A DNA stretch of 64,000 nt from Flavobacterium sp. (GTDB taxonomy: Bacteria; Bacteroidota; Bacteroidia; Flavobacteriales; Flavobacteriaceae): NCBI GenBank assembly GCA_043770265.1, contig JAYVIK010000208.1:5317-69316 (forward strand), given 5' to 3'. Shown piece by piece: positions 28,918 through 39,494 of this stretch. The translations under genes were made by a program, and so were the position numbers. Each line of letters opens with the position of its first letter. The first letter of the stretch is position 1. The notes beneath the pieces were generated by a model. That model ran no database searches. It was not told the DNA's origin and saw nothing but the letters and a program-made list of their open reading frames with translations.

Positions 28918-29457
28918 ATGGAAATAGAAGTGATTCAAAACAAAATATTTGAATTGAAAATCAGTGAACACAAATGAAAAAAAATTAAAATAGTGAACTA
29001 GATTCGAGGCTATAAAGTAGTGCTGGACTTTGACTTGGCATTAATGTATAATGTTGAAGCAAAGTCTCTTAAGCAATCTGTTAGGCGTAATATAAATAGA
29101 TTTCCCGAAGATTTTATGTTTGAACTTACTGAAATTGAGTTCAATAGTTTGAGGTCACAAATTGTGACCTCAAATAGAGGAGGCTTGAGATATATGCCTT
29201 TTGCTTTCACCGAACAAGGAATCGCAATGCTATCAAGTGTTCTAAATAGTGAAAAAGCAATAGAAGTAAACATTTCAATTATCAGAGCATTTGTAACTTT
29301 TAGACAATTTTCATTGACTTATAGCGAATTAAAAGATAGAATTGCAGCAATAGAAAGCCAATTCCCAGATATTTACAAAGCACTAAATTATCTAGTTGAC
29401 AAAGATGCTGTTACAAAAAACAACGAACAAAGGAACAAAATAGGATACAAAAAATAA
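28918..29457 (+). pseudogene. ORF6N-domain protein interrupted by a 48-bp in-frame insertion containing stops
   Basis: MEIEVIQNKIFE-[28954-29001, with TGA and TAG]-IRGYKVVLDFDLALMYNVE...RFPEDFMFEL...PFAFTEQGIAMLSSVLNS; restart at GTG 29020 is possible. Confidence 0.8.
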
Positions 29458-29482
29458 AATTAAAATTTTAAAAAAAAATAAA

Positions 29483-31210
29483 ATGGAAATCAAACCAAAC
29501 ATTTTAAACGCAGTAAACGAATGGCTTACGCCAACATTTGACAAAACCACACAGGAAGCCGTTATCGAAATGATGACTTCATCGCCAAAAGATCTGGAAG
29601 AAAGTTTTTATAAAAATCTAGAATTTGGAACAGGTGGAATGCGTGGAGTTATGGGTGTTGGAAACAATCGCATCAACAAATATACGCTTGGTAAAAGCAC
29701 CCAAGGACTTTCGGATTATTTAAAAATTGCATTCCCAAACCAACCTTTGAAAGCCGTTATCGCTTTTGACTGTCGTCATAACAGTAAATCGTTGGCGAAA
29801 TTGGTTGCCGATGTTTTCTCTGCAAACGGAATCCAAGTATATTTATTTTCGGATTTACGACCTACCCCAGAATTGTCTTTTGCATTAAAATATTTGGGTT
29901 GCCAATGTGGAATTGTCTTGACTGCATCACACAATCCTCCTGAATACAATGGTTACAAAGTATATTGGGAAGATGGTGGACAAATTGTTCCTCCGCAAGA
30001 TGGAGACATCATCAACACCATTGAAAATCTGAATTACAACCAAATCAAGTTTGACGCCAACGAAGATTTGATTCACTATATAGATGCAGAAATTGACCAA
30101 GCCTTCATAAAATCGACTATAGAAAATGCCAGTTTTGGAACTTCTCAAGAAGCAAAAAACAATTTGAATATTGTATTTACTTCTTTACACGGGACTTCGA
30201 TTACGTTGGTTCCAGATACTTTTGCGCAAGCTGGTTATCCAAATGTGAATATTGTAGAAGAACAAAGAGTACCAAATGGCGACTTTCCAACAGTAAAATC
30301 TCCAAATCCAGAAGAGCCAGAAGCATTGACATTAGCATTGGCATTGGCAGACAAAACCAACGCTGATATTGTCGTTGGAACCGACCCTGATTGCGACAGA
30401 TTGGGTGTTGCTATTCGAAACAATGAAGGCAAAATGACGTTGTTGAACGGAAACCAAACCATGATTTTGATGACTGCATTTCTATTGAAAGAATGGAAAA
30501 AAGCGGAGAAAATTAACGGTAAACAATTTGTGGGTTCGACTATTGTTTCTACTCCAATGATTATGGAATTGGCAACAGCTTATGGCGTAGAATGCAAAGT
30601 AGGTTTGACCGGTTTCAAATGGATTGCCAAAATGATCAAGGATTTTCCAGAGCTTGAATTCATTGGCGGTGGAGAAGAAAGTTTTGGATTTATGGTGGGC
30701 GATGCTGTTCGGGATAAGGATGCAGTTGCAGCTACTTTATTAATTTGCGAATTAGCGGCTCAAGCCAAAGCTAATGGAAGCTCTATCTATAAAGAATTAC
30801 AACAATTATATGTAGAACACGGTTTCTATAAAGAACATTTAATTTCTATTACCAAAAAAGGAATGGAAGGTCTAGCCGAAATCAACCAAATGATGGTGAC
30901 AATGCGTAATAATCCGGTGAAAGAAATCAACGGACAAAGAGTAATTATGTTGGAAGATTATAAATCATCCGTTGCTAAAAATTTATTGACTGGCGAAGAA
31001 GAAACCATGGATATTCCTAAAGCAGATGTGTTAATTTACTATACAGAAGATGGTTCTAAAATTTGTGCAAGACCAAGCGGAACCGAGCCAAAAATTAAAT
31101 TTTACATCAGCGTAAATACTAAATTGGACAGCGTAGAAAATTTCACTAAAGTGGAAACTATTTTGAATGACAAAATCAAAAACATTATTGCAGCAATGCA
31201 GTTGAGCTAA
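29483..31210 (+). CDS. Phosphoglucomutase/phosphomannomutase family
   Basis: LEFGTGGMRG, TASHNP, DPDCDR, GEESFG, RPSGTEPKIK. Confidence 0.95.
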   Translation: MEIKPNILNAVNEWLTPTFDKTTQEAVIEMMTSSPKDLEESFYKNLEFGTGGMRGVMGVGNNRINKYTLGKSTQGLSDYLKIAFPNQPLKAVIAFDCRHNSKSLAKLVADVFSANGIQVYLFSDLRPTPELSFALKYLGCQCGIVLTASHNPPEYNGYKVYWEDGGQIVPPQDGDIINTIENLNYNQIKFDANEDLIHYIDAEIDQAFIKSTIENASFGTSQEAKNNLNIVFTSLHGTSITLVPDTFAQAGYPNVNIVEEQRVPNGDFPTVKSPNPEEPEALTLALALADKTNADIVVGTDPDCDRLGVAIRNNEGKMTLLNGNQTMILMTAFLLKEWKKAEKINGKQFVGSTIVSTPMIMELATAYGVECKVGLTGFKWIAKMIKDFPELEFIGGGEESFGFMVGDAVRDKDAVAATLLICELAAQAKANGSSIYKELQQLYVEHGFYKEHLISITKKGMEGLAEINQMMVTMRNNPVKEINGQRVIMLEDYKSSVAKNLLTGEEETMDIPKADVLIYYTEDGSKICARPSGTEPKIKFYISVNTKLDSVENFTKVETILNDKIKNIIAAMQLS

Positions 31211-31599
31211 TGGATAAACTGGACACGAATGATGCTCCAAAACTATTAAATTCGATTGTCGGTTTAATAGACCAAACGCGTAATAGTGTTGCCAAAACAG
31301 TCAATCAAGAATTAACTTTATTATATTGGAATATTGGAAAAACCATCAATGAAGATATTCTAAAAAATGACAGAGCCGATTATGGCAAGAAACTTATTCT
31401 AAATTTAAGTATTGCCCTATCTAATAGATATGGAAATGGATTTAACAAAAGGAATCTCCATAGTTTTATAAAGTTAAATACTGTTTTTCAAGAAGTTACA
31501 ATTGTGCACACAGTGTGTGCACAATTGAGTTGGTCTCATATTAGAACTCGAAAACTGGAAAAAGCGATAGCTTTAGCAGAAAATATCAACAGAAAATAA
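31210..31599 (+). pseudogene. Internally deleted DUF1016/YhcG protein (N-terminal domain only)
   Basis: VNQELTLLYWNIGK, RADYG, GNGFNKRNL, LSWSH, then an abrupt join to the tail KLEKAIALAEN; no PD-(D/E)XK domain. Confidence 0.75.
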
Positions 31600-33429
31600 A
31601 TGGATAAGAATTTAATAAAATTACTTCCCTACACAAAACCTTATAAAAAACATATCATTTGGAACGTGATATACAACATTTTGTATGCTTTGTTTAGCAC
31701 TATTTCAATGTTAACCATTTTTCCGGTGCTCGAAGTACTTTTTGGCAAAACCAAAACGATATTAAAAGAGCCTGTATATAATGGTATAGGAAATATAAAA
31801 GAGTTTGGCTCCGACTTTTTTTACTATAAAATTTCAATATTAACAAAGGAAAACAACATTCAAGTAGTTCTTTTGTTTGTAGTATTAATGGTAATCATAA
31901 CGTTTTTATTTAAAAACTTATTTAACTATCTCGCTTCATACCATATCATGCATTTGAAGAATGGTGTTTTAAGGGATTTGAGAAAATCAATGTATGATAA
32001 AATCATAGAATTACCCATCTCCTATTATTCCGAAAAAAGAAAAGGTGATATTATGGCACGTATGCTTGGTGATGTAAATGAAGTGCAAAACTCCTTTTTT
32101 TCTATTTTAGAATTAGTAGTTAAAGAACCACTAACCATTATTTTTGCGTTGGTGGCCATGTTTATTATAAGTTTAAAACTGACTTTATTTGTTTTGATTT
32201 TTATGCCCATTTCAGGTTGGATAATTTCAAAACTAGCTAAAAATTTGAGAGCGCAATCGCTAGAAGCTCAAAGAGAAAGTGGTTTCCTTATTTCAATTGT
32301 GGATGAAAGTCTAGGAGGTTTGAAAGTGATCAAAAGCTATAATGCGGAAAACAATTTCAAAAGTAGATTTAATAAATCAGTAACTCGATTATTAAACATA
32401 ACCAACAGTATTGGGAGTAAAAATAATTTAGCAACACCTTTAAGCGAATTTTTAGGCGTGACAACAATTGCCTGCTTACTTTTTTACGGAGGAAATTTAG
32501 TATTGATAGACAAGTCACTCGAAGGGGCAGTTTTTATTGCTTATTTAACTTTGGCATTCAATATTCTTACTCCTGCCAAAGCAATTTCAAAAGCATTGTA
32601 TGCGGTAAAAAATGGCTTGGCTGCTGCCGAACGGGTTTTTGAAGTTTTAGAAGTTGAAAACGAAATTACCTCTAAGGAAAATGCGGTTACCAAAACCACT
32701 TTTGAAGACAAAATATCCTTAAAAAACATCAATTTCAAATATGAGGAAGAAGCGGTTTTAAAGGACTTTTCACTCGAAGTTAAAAAAGGTCAAACCGTGG
32801 CACTTGTTGGTCAATCCGGAAGCGGAAAAAGCACAATTGCCAATTTATTGACTCGTTTTTATGACGTGAATGAAGGTAACATTTCCATTGATGGTATTGA
32901 CATCAAAGACTTGAGTTTGCATTCGCTTCGTGGTTTGATGGGATTAGTAACGCAAGACAGCATCTTGTTTAATGATACTATTAAAGCCAATGTTTCATTA
33001 GGAAAATTGGACGCAACAGATGAAGAAATTATTGAAGCATTAAAAATTGCCAATGCTTATGAATTTGTAAAAGATTTACCAAACGGAATTCATACCAACA
33101 TCGGTGATAGTGGAAACAAACTTTCAGGTGGACAAAAACAACGATTGTCTATTGCTCGCGCCGTTTTGAAAAATCCGCCGATAATGATTTTGGACGAAGC
33201 CACATCGGCATTGGATACAGAAAGCGAAAAATTTGTGCAAATCGCACTCGAAAATATGATGCAAAACAGAACTTCAATTGTGATTGCACACCGCCTTTCG
33301 ACCATTCAAAAAGCGGACAAAATTGTGGTGATGCAAAAAGGAAAAATTGTGGAACAAGGAACTCATGATGAACTGATTACATTGAATGGAACCTATAACA
33401 AATTAGTGACATTGCAGTCTTTTGAATAA
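31600..33429 (+). CDS. ABC transporter ATP-binding/permease (MsbA-like)
   Basis: TM domain plus GQSGSGKST, LSGGQKQR, ILDEATSALD, IAHRLST. Confidence 0.93.
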   Translation: MDKNLIKLLPYTKPYKKHIIWNVIYNILYALFSTISMLTIFPVLEVLFGKTKTILKEPVYNGIGNIKEFGSDFFYYKISILTKENNIQVVLLFVVLMVIITFLFKNLFNYLASYHIMHLKNGVLRDLRKSMYDKIIELPISYYSEKRKGDIMARMLGDVNEVQNSFFSILELVVKEPLTIIFALVAMFIISLKLTLFVLIFMPISGWIISKLAKNLRAQSLEAQRESGFLISIVDESLGGLKVIKSYNAENNFKSRFNKSVTRLLNITNSIGSKNNLATPLSEFLGVTTIACLLFYGGNLVLIDKSLEGAVFIAYLTLAFNILTPAKAISKALYAVKNGLAAAERVFEVLEVENEITSKENAVTKTTFEDKISLKNINFKYEEEAVLKDFSLEVKKGQTVALVGQSGSGKSTIANLLTRFYDVNEGNISIDGIDIKDLSLHSLRGLMGLVTQDSILFNDTIKANVSLGKLDATDEEIIEALKIANAYEFVKDLPNGIHTNIGDSGNKLSGGQKQRLSIARAVLKNPPIMILDEATSALDTESEKFVQIALENMMQNRTSIVIAHRLSTIQKADKIVVMQKGKIVEQGTHDELITLNGTYNKLVTLQSFE

Positions 33430-33497
33430 AATTTTAGATTTTAGATTGCTGATTTTAGATTACAGAATTCAGATAGAATAAATTCTTAATTTACAAA

Positions 33498-34199
33498 ATG
33501 TACCTCAACAACCCCAACATCAAGCTTCCCGAAGATCCCGACACCGTTGTTTGGAAATACTTAGACTTATCAAAATTTCTTGATTTGTTGATGTCGCAGA
33601 AACTTTTTATGTCACGTTCAGATAAATTTGAAGATCAATACGAAGGCACTTTTAGCGAACCTACTTATGAGGAAATAAAAAAACTTTCCGTAAACAATCC
33701 TGAATTTCTTAGTTACTACAAATCACATCGCGAAAAAGTTGCGGTTAGTAGTTGGCACATAAACGAATATGAATCCTTTGCAATGTGGCAAATTTTTACT
33801 CAAAATAGTGAAGGTTTGGCGATTCAATCTACGATTGGAAGATTACAAAAAGCTGTTATTCCAGAACAAAAATACGATCAATACATTGGTGAAGTCAACT
33901 ACATTGATTACAAAAAAGAATACATTCCGTTTGACGATATGTTCTTTCCGTTTTTGTTCAAGCGAAAAAGTTTTCAGTATGAAAGAGAAGTTCGAATCAT
34001 TTCGGATGTTACCCAAAGCAACATCAAATTGAATGATGGTCTAAAAATAAATGTCGATATCAATCAACTTATTGAAAAAATCTACATTCACCCAAAATCC
34101 GAAAACTGGTATAAAAACCTGGTTATCGAATTGGTTTCAAAATTAGGTTTTGATTTTACTATTGAAAAATCAGATCTGGAGAGTGATATTTTGATATAA
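33498..34199 (+). CDS. Hypothetical protein (DUF2971-like)
   Basis: WKYLDLSKF, FEDQYEG, SSWH.N..ES.AMW, KRKSFQYEREVR motifs. Confidence 0.65.
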   Translation: MYLNNPNIKLPEDPDTVVWKYLDLSKFLDLLMSQKLFMSRSDKFEDQYEGTFSEPTYEEIKKLSVNNPEFLSYYKSHREKVAVSSWHINEYESFAMWQIFTQNSEGLAIQSTIGRLQKAVIPEQKYDQYIGEVNYIDYKKEYIPFDDMFFPFLFKRKSFQYEREVRIISDVTQSNIKLNDGLKINVDINQLIEKIYIHPKSENWYKNLVIELVSKLGFDFTIEKSDLESDILI

Positions 34200-34215
34200 G
34201 AGGTTAATGAATTAT

Positions 34216-34848
34216 TTACCTTTTATTGAACTTTATCAAAGTAAAAATGTTAAGAATAACAATTCCAAAGTAACCAAAAAAAAGAATCCAATATTTTTTG
34301 AATAGAAAATACTGTTTCTCCCTTTCTGCTTTTCGTTCCATTTCCAACCAATATTCTTTATTAGCCTCGTAATAACCACAAGTCATTAACGGTATAATTT
34401 TTCTATTTTTATTAGGTTTAGGTTTAGGAGGAACTAAAACCCAAATATCATTTCGATACGGACAATATATAGGCATATCTTCGACTGTTAGTATATCTAG
34501 AACTTCAACAAAAACAGCATAATTTGCTTTCTTTCCAAAATGAATCTTAATACCATTAATTGTATCAATGTCTTTTTTTAATTTCCTTAAAGAAACTTGT
34601 AATTCTTTTAATTTATTTTGTTCACTTAATTCAGAATTATCAAAACTAAAATCTTTGTATTTTCTTATGTTAGGAATATCCTTTTCAACAAAAACCGACG
34701 CTTCGATAAAACTAAAGCTAAATGAGCAGTAAACAGTAAAAACATCATTTTTATAAAAGAAATACACACACAATAAAGGAATACAAACCAAGGAAATCAT
34801 TCCCGGTCTATAAAAAATTCGTTTATGCTTTTTGATGATTCTCATCAA
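34216..34848 (-). CDS. Hypothetical membrane protein
   Basis: 210-aa ORF with N- and C-terminal hydrophobic segments; ATGA overlap with the upstream TBDR stop. Confidence 0.65.
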   Translation of the reverse strand: MMRIIKKHKRIFYRPGMISLVCIPLLCVYFFYKNDVFTVYCSFSFSFIEASVFVEKDIPNIRKYKDFSFDNSELSEQNKLKELQVSLRKLKKDIDTINGIKIHFGKKANYAVFVEVLDILTVEDMPIYCPYRNDIWVLVPPKPKPNKNRKIIPLMTCGYYEANKEYWLEMERKAEREKQYFLFKKYWILFFGYFGIVILNIFTLIKFNKR

Positions 34849-37310
34849 AACCTCATATTCACCTTTACATTAAATACTCGCGTAGTCATATAATTAGGAA
34901 TCGCGTATTGATTTTTGGAATACACATCACGGACCCAAGTATTGGTAATGGCGTTTTGATTGTCGAAAAGGTTGAAAATTTCCAATCCTATGGCTAATTC
35001 CTTGAAAGGTTGCAACCATCTTTTTGAAGAAGGATTTTGTTCGTCTATTAAAACTTTAAAGAAACCAACATCGGCGCGACGGTAATCTCTCAATCGGTTT
35101 TGGTACAAATAAGGATCTGCATACGATGGCGAACCACCTGGCAATCCAGTGTTGTAAACCAAATTCAGGTATAATTTTAGGCTTGGAATCTTAGGCATGT
35201 AATCTTGAAACAAAAGCGCAAATTTCAATCTTTGATCTGTTGGTCTCGAAATAAATCCTTTGTTATCGATGTTTTCTTCCGTTTTTAGATACCCACAACT
35301 AAACCAAGATTCGGTTCCGGGAACAAATTCTCCGTTCAATCTAAAATCAAATCCCTGAGCGTACGCTTTTGCATTATTAGCTGCAGCATAACGAATTCGA
35401 ACATTGTCCAAAGTATAAGGATTGACATCTGTCAAGGATTTATAATACAGTTCCGAAACCATTTTGAACGGGCGATTCCATATTTTGAAACTATAATCGT
35501 TACTCAAAACAATATGAATGGATTGCTGAGCTTTTACATCGGAATTCACATCTCCATTTGCGTCACGCAGCTCACGATAAGACGGTGGCTGATGATACAA
35601 TCCTCCCGAAAGTCGGAAAAACATATCCTTTTTCCAATTGGGTTTCAAAGAAAATTGTGCTCTTGGGCTAACCGTAATTTGTGTAGAACTTGTAATATTA
35701 TCGCCAGAAACAGTCCAATTGTGGGAACGAACTCCTGCATTCATCCAAAATTCGTTGTTGCCAATATATCCTTTTCGGCTCCATTGCACATAACCTGAAA
35801 ATCGGTTGATGTCAACAAAATTAGTCGCTCTCACATTTTGATACGGAACCAACGGACCAGTATATGGTGAATACGGTTGGTCATTTTTAGGTAAAAACTT
35901 AATAGGTGGATTTATCGAAAACCCTGCTGAATCAATTACTTCCCACTCAATCACTCGGTCTCGAATGGATTCGCGAGTAAATTTAGCTCCCCATTCGAAT
36001 TGATTTTTCTTCCAATTGTGAAATCCTTTTAGCTCGGTATTTACAATTAAGGCGTCTAAATCATTTCTTGCGTGATTGAGTTGACCTCCAATTCCTCTTG
36101 TAAATGCCACATCACCAAAAGTTTCAGAACCAAAATTAGAATCCACTTCGCCCAAACGGTATTGTGCCAAAATATCAAAATATTCCTGCTCCTTTGTATG
36201 ATATGCTGATGCAATCAATTTGTAAGTAGCATTTTTAGAAGCAGTATAAGTAGATTTGACGGCTCCAAAAAAGGTGGTATATTTGTCTTTTTCTTGTCCT
36301 TCATAATAAATCAACAACGCCATTGGTTCAGAAATCGTTCCAAAATTGGTTTGACGAGTCAAAGGTTGGTATTTGTAATCGTTCGATGAAATATTACCCA
36401 AAAAGCTAAATTCCCATTTATCAGAAGCTTTGAAATTAACATTAGTTTGAACATCGGCAAACACCGGTGTGAAATTGGTTTGTGTCTCTTGACTATTGAC
36501 CAAAAGTGAATTGTTACGATACCGAATTCCGGTAACTTCAGACCATTTACCATTCTTAGAAACTGCATCTACAGCCACACTTCCACCGAGTAAACTCACT
36601 TCGGCAACGGCTCCAAATTTTGTGGGTGTTCGATACGTAATATCCAAAACTGAGGATAATTTATCCCCAAATTTAGACTGAAAACCTCCTGCAGAAAAAT
36701 CTACATTTTGAACCAAATCGGTATTGGTAAAACTCAATCCTTCTTGTTGGCCTGAGCGAATCAAGAATGGACGATAAACTTCGATTTCGTTTACATATAC
36801 CAAATTTTCATCATAATTCCCACCACGAACAGCATATTGCGTGCTCAATTCATTGTTGGAATTAACTCCAGGTAAGGATTTCAAAATATTTTCGACACCA
36901 GCATTGGCACCAGGAATTTTCCGAATCATTGCTGGTTCGATAGTGGTAATTCCTTGCACTCTTTTTTTATTGTTTATGGTAACGATAACTTCGCCCATTT
37001 GTTCCTCTTTGTCATTCATAACCAAATTGAATTCGTAATCTTCCTCTGGTTTTAAAGTAACAGTAACAATAGCTTTTTTTAATGAAATATGCGAAAAAAC
37101 AACTACCGTCTTTTGGTTCGCAAGAACAGTCAAAACATAAAAACCATTTGCGTTTGATTGTGTTCCCTTGCCTTGGCAGGATACATTTACATTGGCAACT
37201 GGTTGATTATTTTTATCTAGAATAACTCCTTTTATACGAGAAGATTGAGCGAAAGCAACAGACCCAAAACAGAAAAAAAGGAAAACAAGTATTATTTTAT
37301 TTAGACCCAA
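34845..37310 (-). CDS. TonB-dependent receptor with carboxypeptidase-regulatory-like N-domain
   Basis: Signal peptide, plug (LPGVNSNNELSTQYAVRGGNYDEN), barrel ending in F. Confidence 0.9.
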   Translation of the reverse strand: MGLNKIILVFLFFCFGSVAFAQSSRIKGVILDKNNQPVANVNVSCQGKGTQSNANGFYVLTVLANQKTVVVFSHISLKKAIVTVTLKPEEDYEFNLVMNDKEEQMGEVIVTINNKKRVQGITTIEPAMIRKIPGANAGVENILKSLPGVNSNNELSTQYAVRGGNYDENLVYVNEIEVYRPFLIRSGQQEGLSFTNTDLVQNVDFSAGGFQSKFGDKLSSVLDITYRTPTKFGAVAEVSLLGGSVAVDAVSKNGKWSEVTGIRYRNNSLLVNSQETQTNFTPVFADVQTNVNFKASDKWEFSFLGNISSNDYKYQPLTRQTNFGTISEPMALLIYYEGQEKDKYTTFFGAVKSTYTASKNATYKLIASAYHTKEQEYFDILAQYRLGEVDSNFGSETFGDVAFTRGIGGQLNHARNDLDALIVNTELKGFHNWKKNQFEWGAKFTRESIRDRVIEWEVIDSAGFSINPPIKFLPKNDQPYSPYTGPLVPYQNVRATNFVDINRFSGYVQWSRKGYIGNNEFWMNAGVRSHNWTVSGDNITSSTQITVSPRAQFSLKPNWKKDMFFRLSGGLYHQPPSYRELRDANGDVNSDVKAQQSIHIVLSNDYSFKIWNRPFKMVSELYYKSLTDVNPYTLDNVRIRYAAANNAKAYAQGFDFRLNGEFVPGTESWFSCGYLKTEENIDNKGFISRPTDQRLKFALLFQDYMPKIPSLKLYLNLVYNTGLPGGSPSYADPYLYQNRLRDYRRADVGFFKVLIDEQNPSSKRWLQPFKELAIGLEIFNLFDNQNAITNTWVRDVYSKNQYAIPNYMTTRVFNVKVNMRF

Positions 37311-37321
37311 GGAATTTGATT

Positions 37322-39025
37322 TTATTGTTTTTGACTTCTAAAAAACTGAGTTTCAAAGATAGTAGAATTTCCTAAATTATCCACTACTATAATTTTTAAA
37401 TCATTTGATCCTTCAGCAACAATTCCGTCACTAAAATAATGAGTAATTTTCTTGGTTTTGTTATCGTATTCGAATAAAATCCATTTGCCATTCAAATAGC
37501 CATTATAGGATTTTATCCCCGATAAATCATCGCTTATAATGAATTGAATCACCTTTCTATCCGATAACCATTTGCCTTCAATGGGTTTAGAAATGCTGAT
37601 TTTTGGAGGAATAGTATCTAAAACTAAAGCGTATTTTCCTAAAGTTTTTACATTAATTTTGAAAACACTGTCTTTTCGAAAGGTGAAATTATATCCTATT
37701 TTGCTCGAACCAATTGTTCCGATAAATAATTTTTCTCTTTGAGCTTTACTGAATTTATGATCTTCTATTTCGATAGTAAAATTGGAATGTGCAGGAACAG
37801 TGTCGCTGTGCAGCAATAAAGTGTCGTTTATAACATCAAAATTCAAATTGAAATCTTCATAAAAAGTATTGGCAGGAAAGAACACAGACATATTTTCTTT
37901 AGAAAAATTAGATTCATTTTTTGCTTTTACCAAATATTTCGGAATTGGTTCTTTGGCAATAATCACCGGTAAAATCTCATTGACAATAGGAATGGATACT
38001 GTGGTCAAATTGCCATAAAAATCGGAAACTTCAATGCGATATTGTGCTGTCAAATTGGGTACAACATTTAGTACACCATTTGTAGCATCAGCTTTAATAA
38101 TGCTCAAATTATAAGGGTTTTTCATGAATAACTTCTGGACTCTTTGTTGTGTTTTTTTATACATTGGATAATCAATTAACGCATTTACATAACGCATTTC
38201 GTCAAAGGAATATGTGTCAAATTGGTAACTAAAATTTGAAATTCCGTTGTAAAATGTTTGCACTTTATAAACTCCGTTTTTATTGAACGAAACATCGTCG
38301 TAATCGAATGTGTTAATTCCAAAACCAATTTTGCCATTAGCCACAACTTTATCGGCAAGATATGTTCCATCTTTTTGCAAAGCAAGGTTTAGCAATAAAG
38401 GTCGTTTGGATTGATTTACTAAAGATTCATTATCTAAAGGATAAACATATATGTTGTAAATGATTGGTTTTTTAGAGTCTTTTAAGAATTTATCAAATCC
38501 AAAAAGCATTGGATTAATGATATTCTCAGTGATATTATCTCTGAATTCAAAATGCAAATGCGGCCCTTCGGAAGCACCGCTATTTCCAGAAAGTCCAATA
38601 ATTTGACCTTTTTTGATAAGCAGTTCACCTGGTTTTAGATACTTTTCAATTTCAAAAGATTGCTCTTGATAATGCGTTTTTTTTATAAAACCATCGATAG
38701 AATCGGTGGCTCGTTGCAAATGTCCATAAACCGAAGTGTAGCCATTAGAATGTGTGATATAAATTGTTTTTCCATTTCCAAAGGTTGAAATTTTAATTCT
38801 TGATACATAACCATCAGCCACAGCATAAACGGCTAAACCTTCCTTTTGATTCGTTTTAAGATCGAAGCCAGCGTGAAAATGATTGGGTCTCAACTCGCCA
38901 AAATTTCCCGACAATTGCATCGGAATAGCAAGTGGCGATCTAAAATAATCTTTTGGATAATTAACTTGAGCAAAAACAGAACAATATAACAGCAAAAAAA
39001 ATAGGCACAATCTCATAGAATACAT
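37322..39025 (-). CDS. M23 family metallopeptidase
   Basis: HFHAGFD, YGHL, GPHLHFE. Confidence 0.9.
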   Translation of the reverse strand: MYSMRLCLFFLLLYCSVFAQVNYPKDYFRSPLAIPMQLSGNFGELRPNHFHAGFDLKTNQKEGLAVYAVADGYVSRIKISTFGNGKTIYITHSNGYTSVYGHLQRATDSIDGFIKKTHYQEQSFEIEKYLKPGELLIKKGQIIGLSGNSGASEGPHLHFEFRDNITENIINPMLFGFDKFLKDSKKPIIYNIYVYPLDNESLVNQSKRPLLLNLALQKDGTYLADKVVANGKIGFGINTFDYDDVSFNKNGVYKVQTFYNGISNFSYQFDTYSFDEMRYVNALIDYPMYKKTQQRVQKLFMKNPYNLSIIKADATNGVLNVVPNLTAQYRIEVSDFYGNLTTVSIPIVNEILPVIIAKEPIPKYLVKAKNESNFSKENMSVFFPANTFYEDFNLNFDVINDTLLLHSDTVPAHSNFTIEIEDHKFSKAQREKLFIGTIGSSKIGYNFTFRKDSVFKINVKTLGKYALVLDTIPPKISISKPIEGKWLSDRKVIQFIISDDLSGIKSYNGYLNGKWILFEYDNKTKKITHYFSDGIVAEGSNDLKIIVVDNLGNSTIFETQFFRSQKQ

Positions 39026-39195
39026 TTTTGCTAAGATAAAAAAAGTAGTTTACAAAAAATGGTAAAGATTGTAAAAATTATAACAGGCTGTAACACTGAT
39101 AATTGATATTTTTTAAGATAAAAAAGCTAATAAAATATTGTAAAAATAAAAAGGAATACTAACTTTGTAAGATTAAGTAATTCGTAGGATACTAT

Positions 39196-39486
39196 ATGAG
39201 TGTAATTGCAGAAATAATTGATACTCTTGAAAATAAGATTGAAAAACTATTTGCAAAAATAAATAGTTTAGAAAAAAAAGCTCAAGATTTGAAAATTGAA
39301 TTAACAAAATCTGCATCCATCATACAAACTCAGTCTCAAGAGATTGAAGCCTTGAAAAAGCAGTATGAAACACTAAAAATAGCCAACGCATTACTAGGCA
39401 GTGAAGATAATAAAAGAGATACAAAGCTTAAAATAAATTCATTAATTCGTGAAATTGATTACTGCATAGCTCAGCTATCAGATTAG
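39196..39486 (+). CDS. Coiled-coil protein upstream of zapA (ZapB-like)
   Basis: Heptad pattern, KLKINSLIREIDYCIAQL; -7 element TAACTTTG at 39160-39167. Confidence 0.7.
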   Translation: MSVIAEIIDTLENKIEKLFAKINSLEKKAQDLKIELTKSASIIQTQSQEIEALKKQYETLKIANALLGSEDNKRDTKLKINSLIREIDYCIAQLSD

Positions 39487-39494
39487 TAAAAAAT

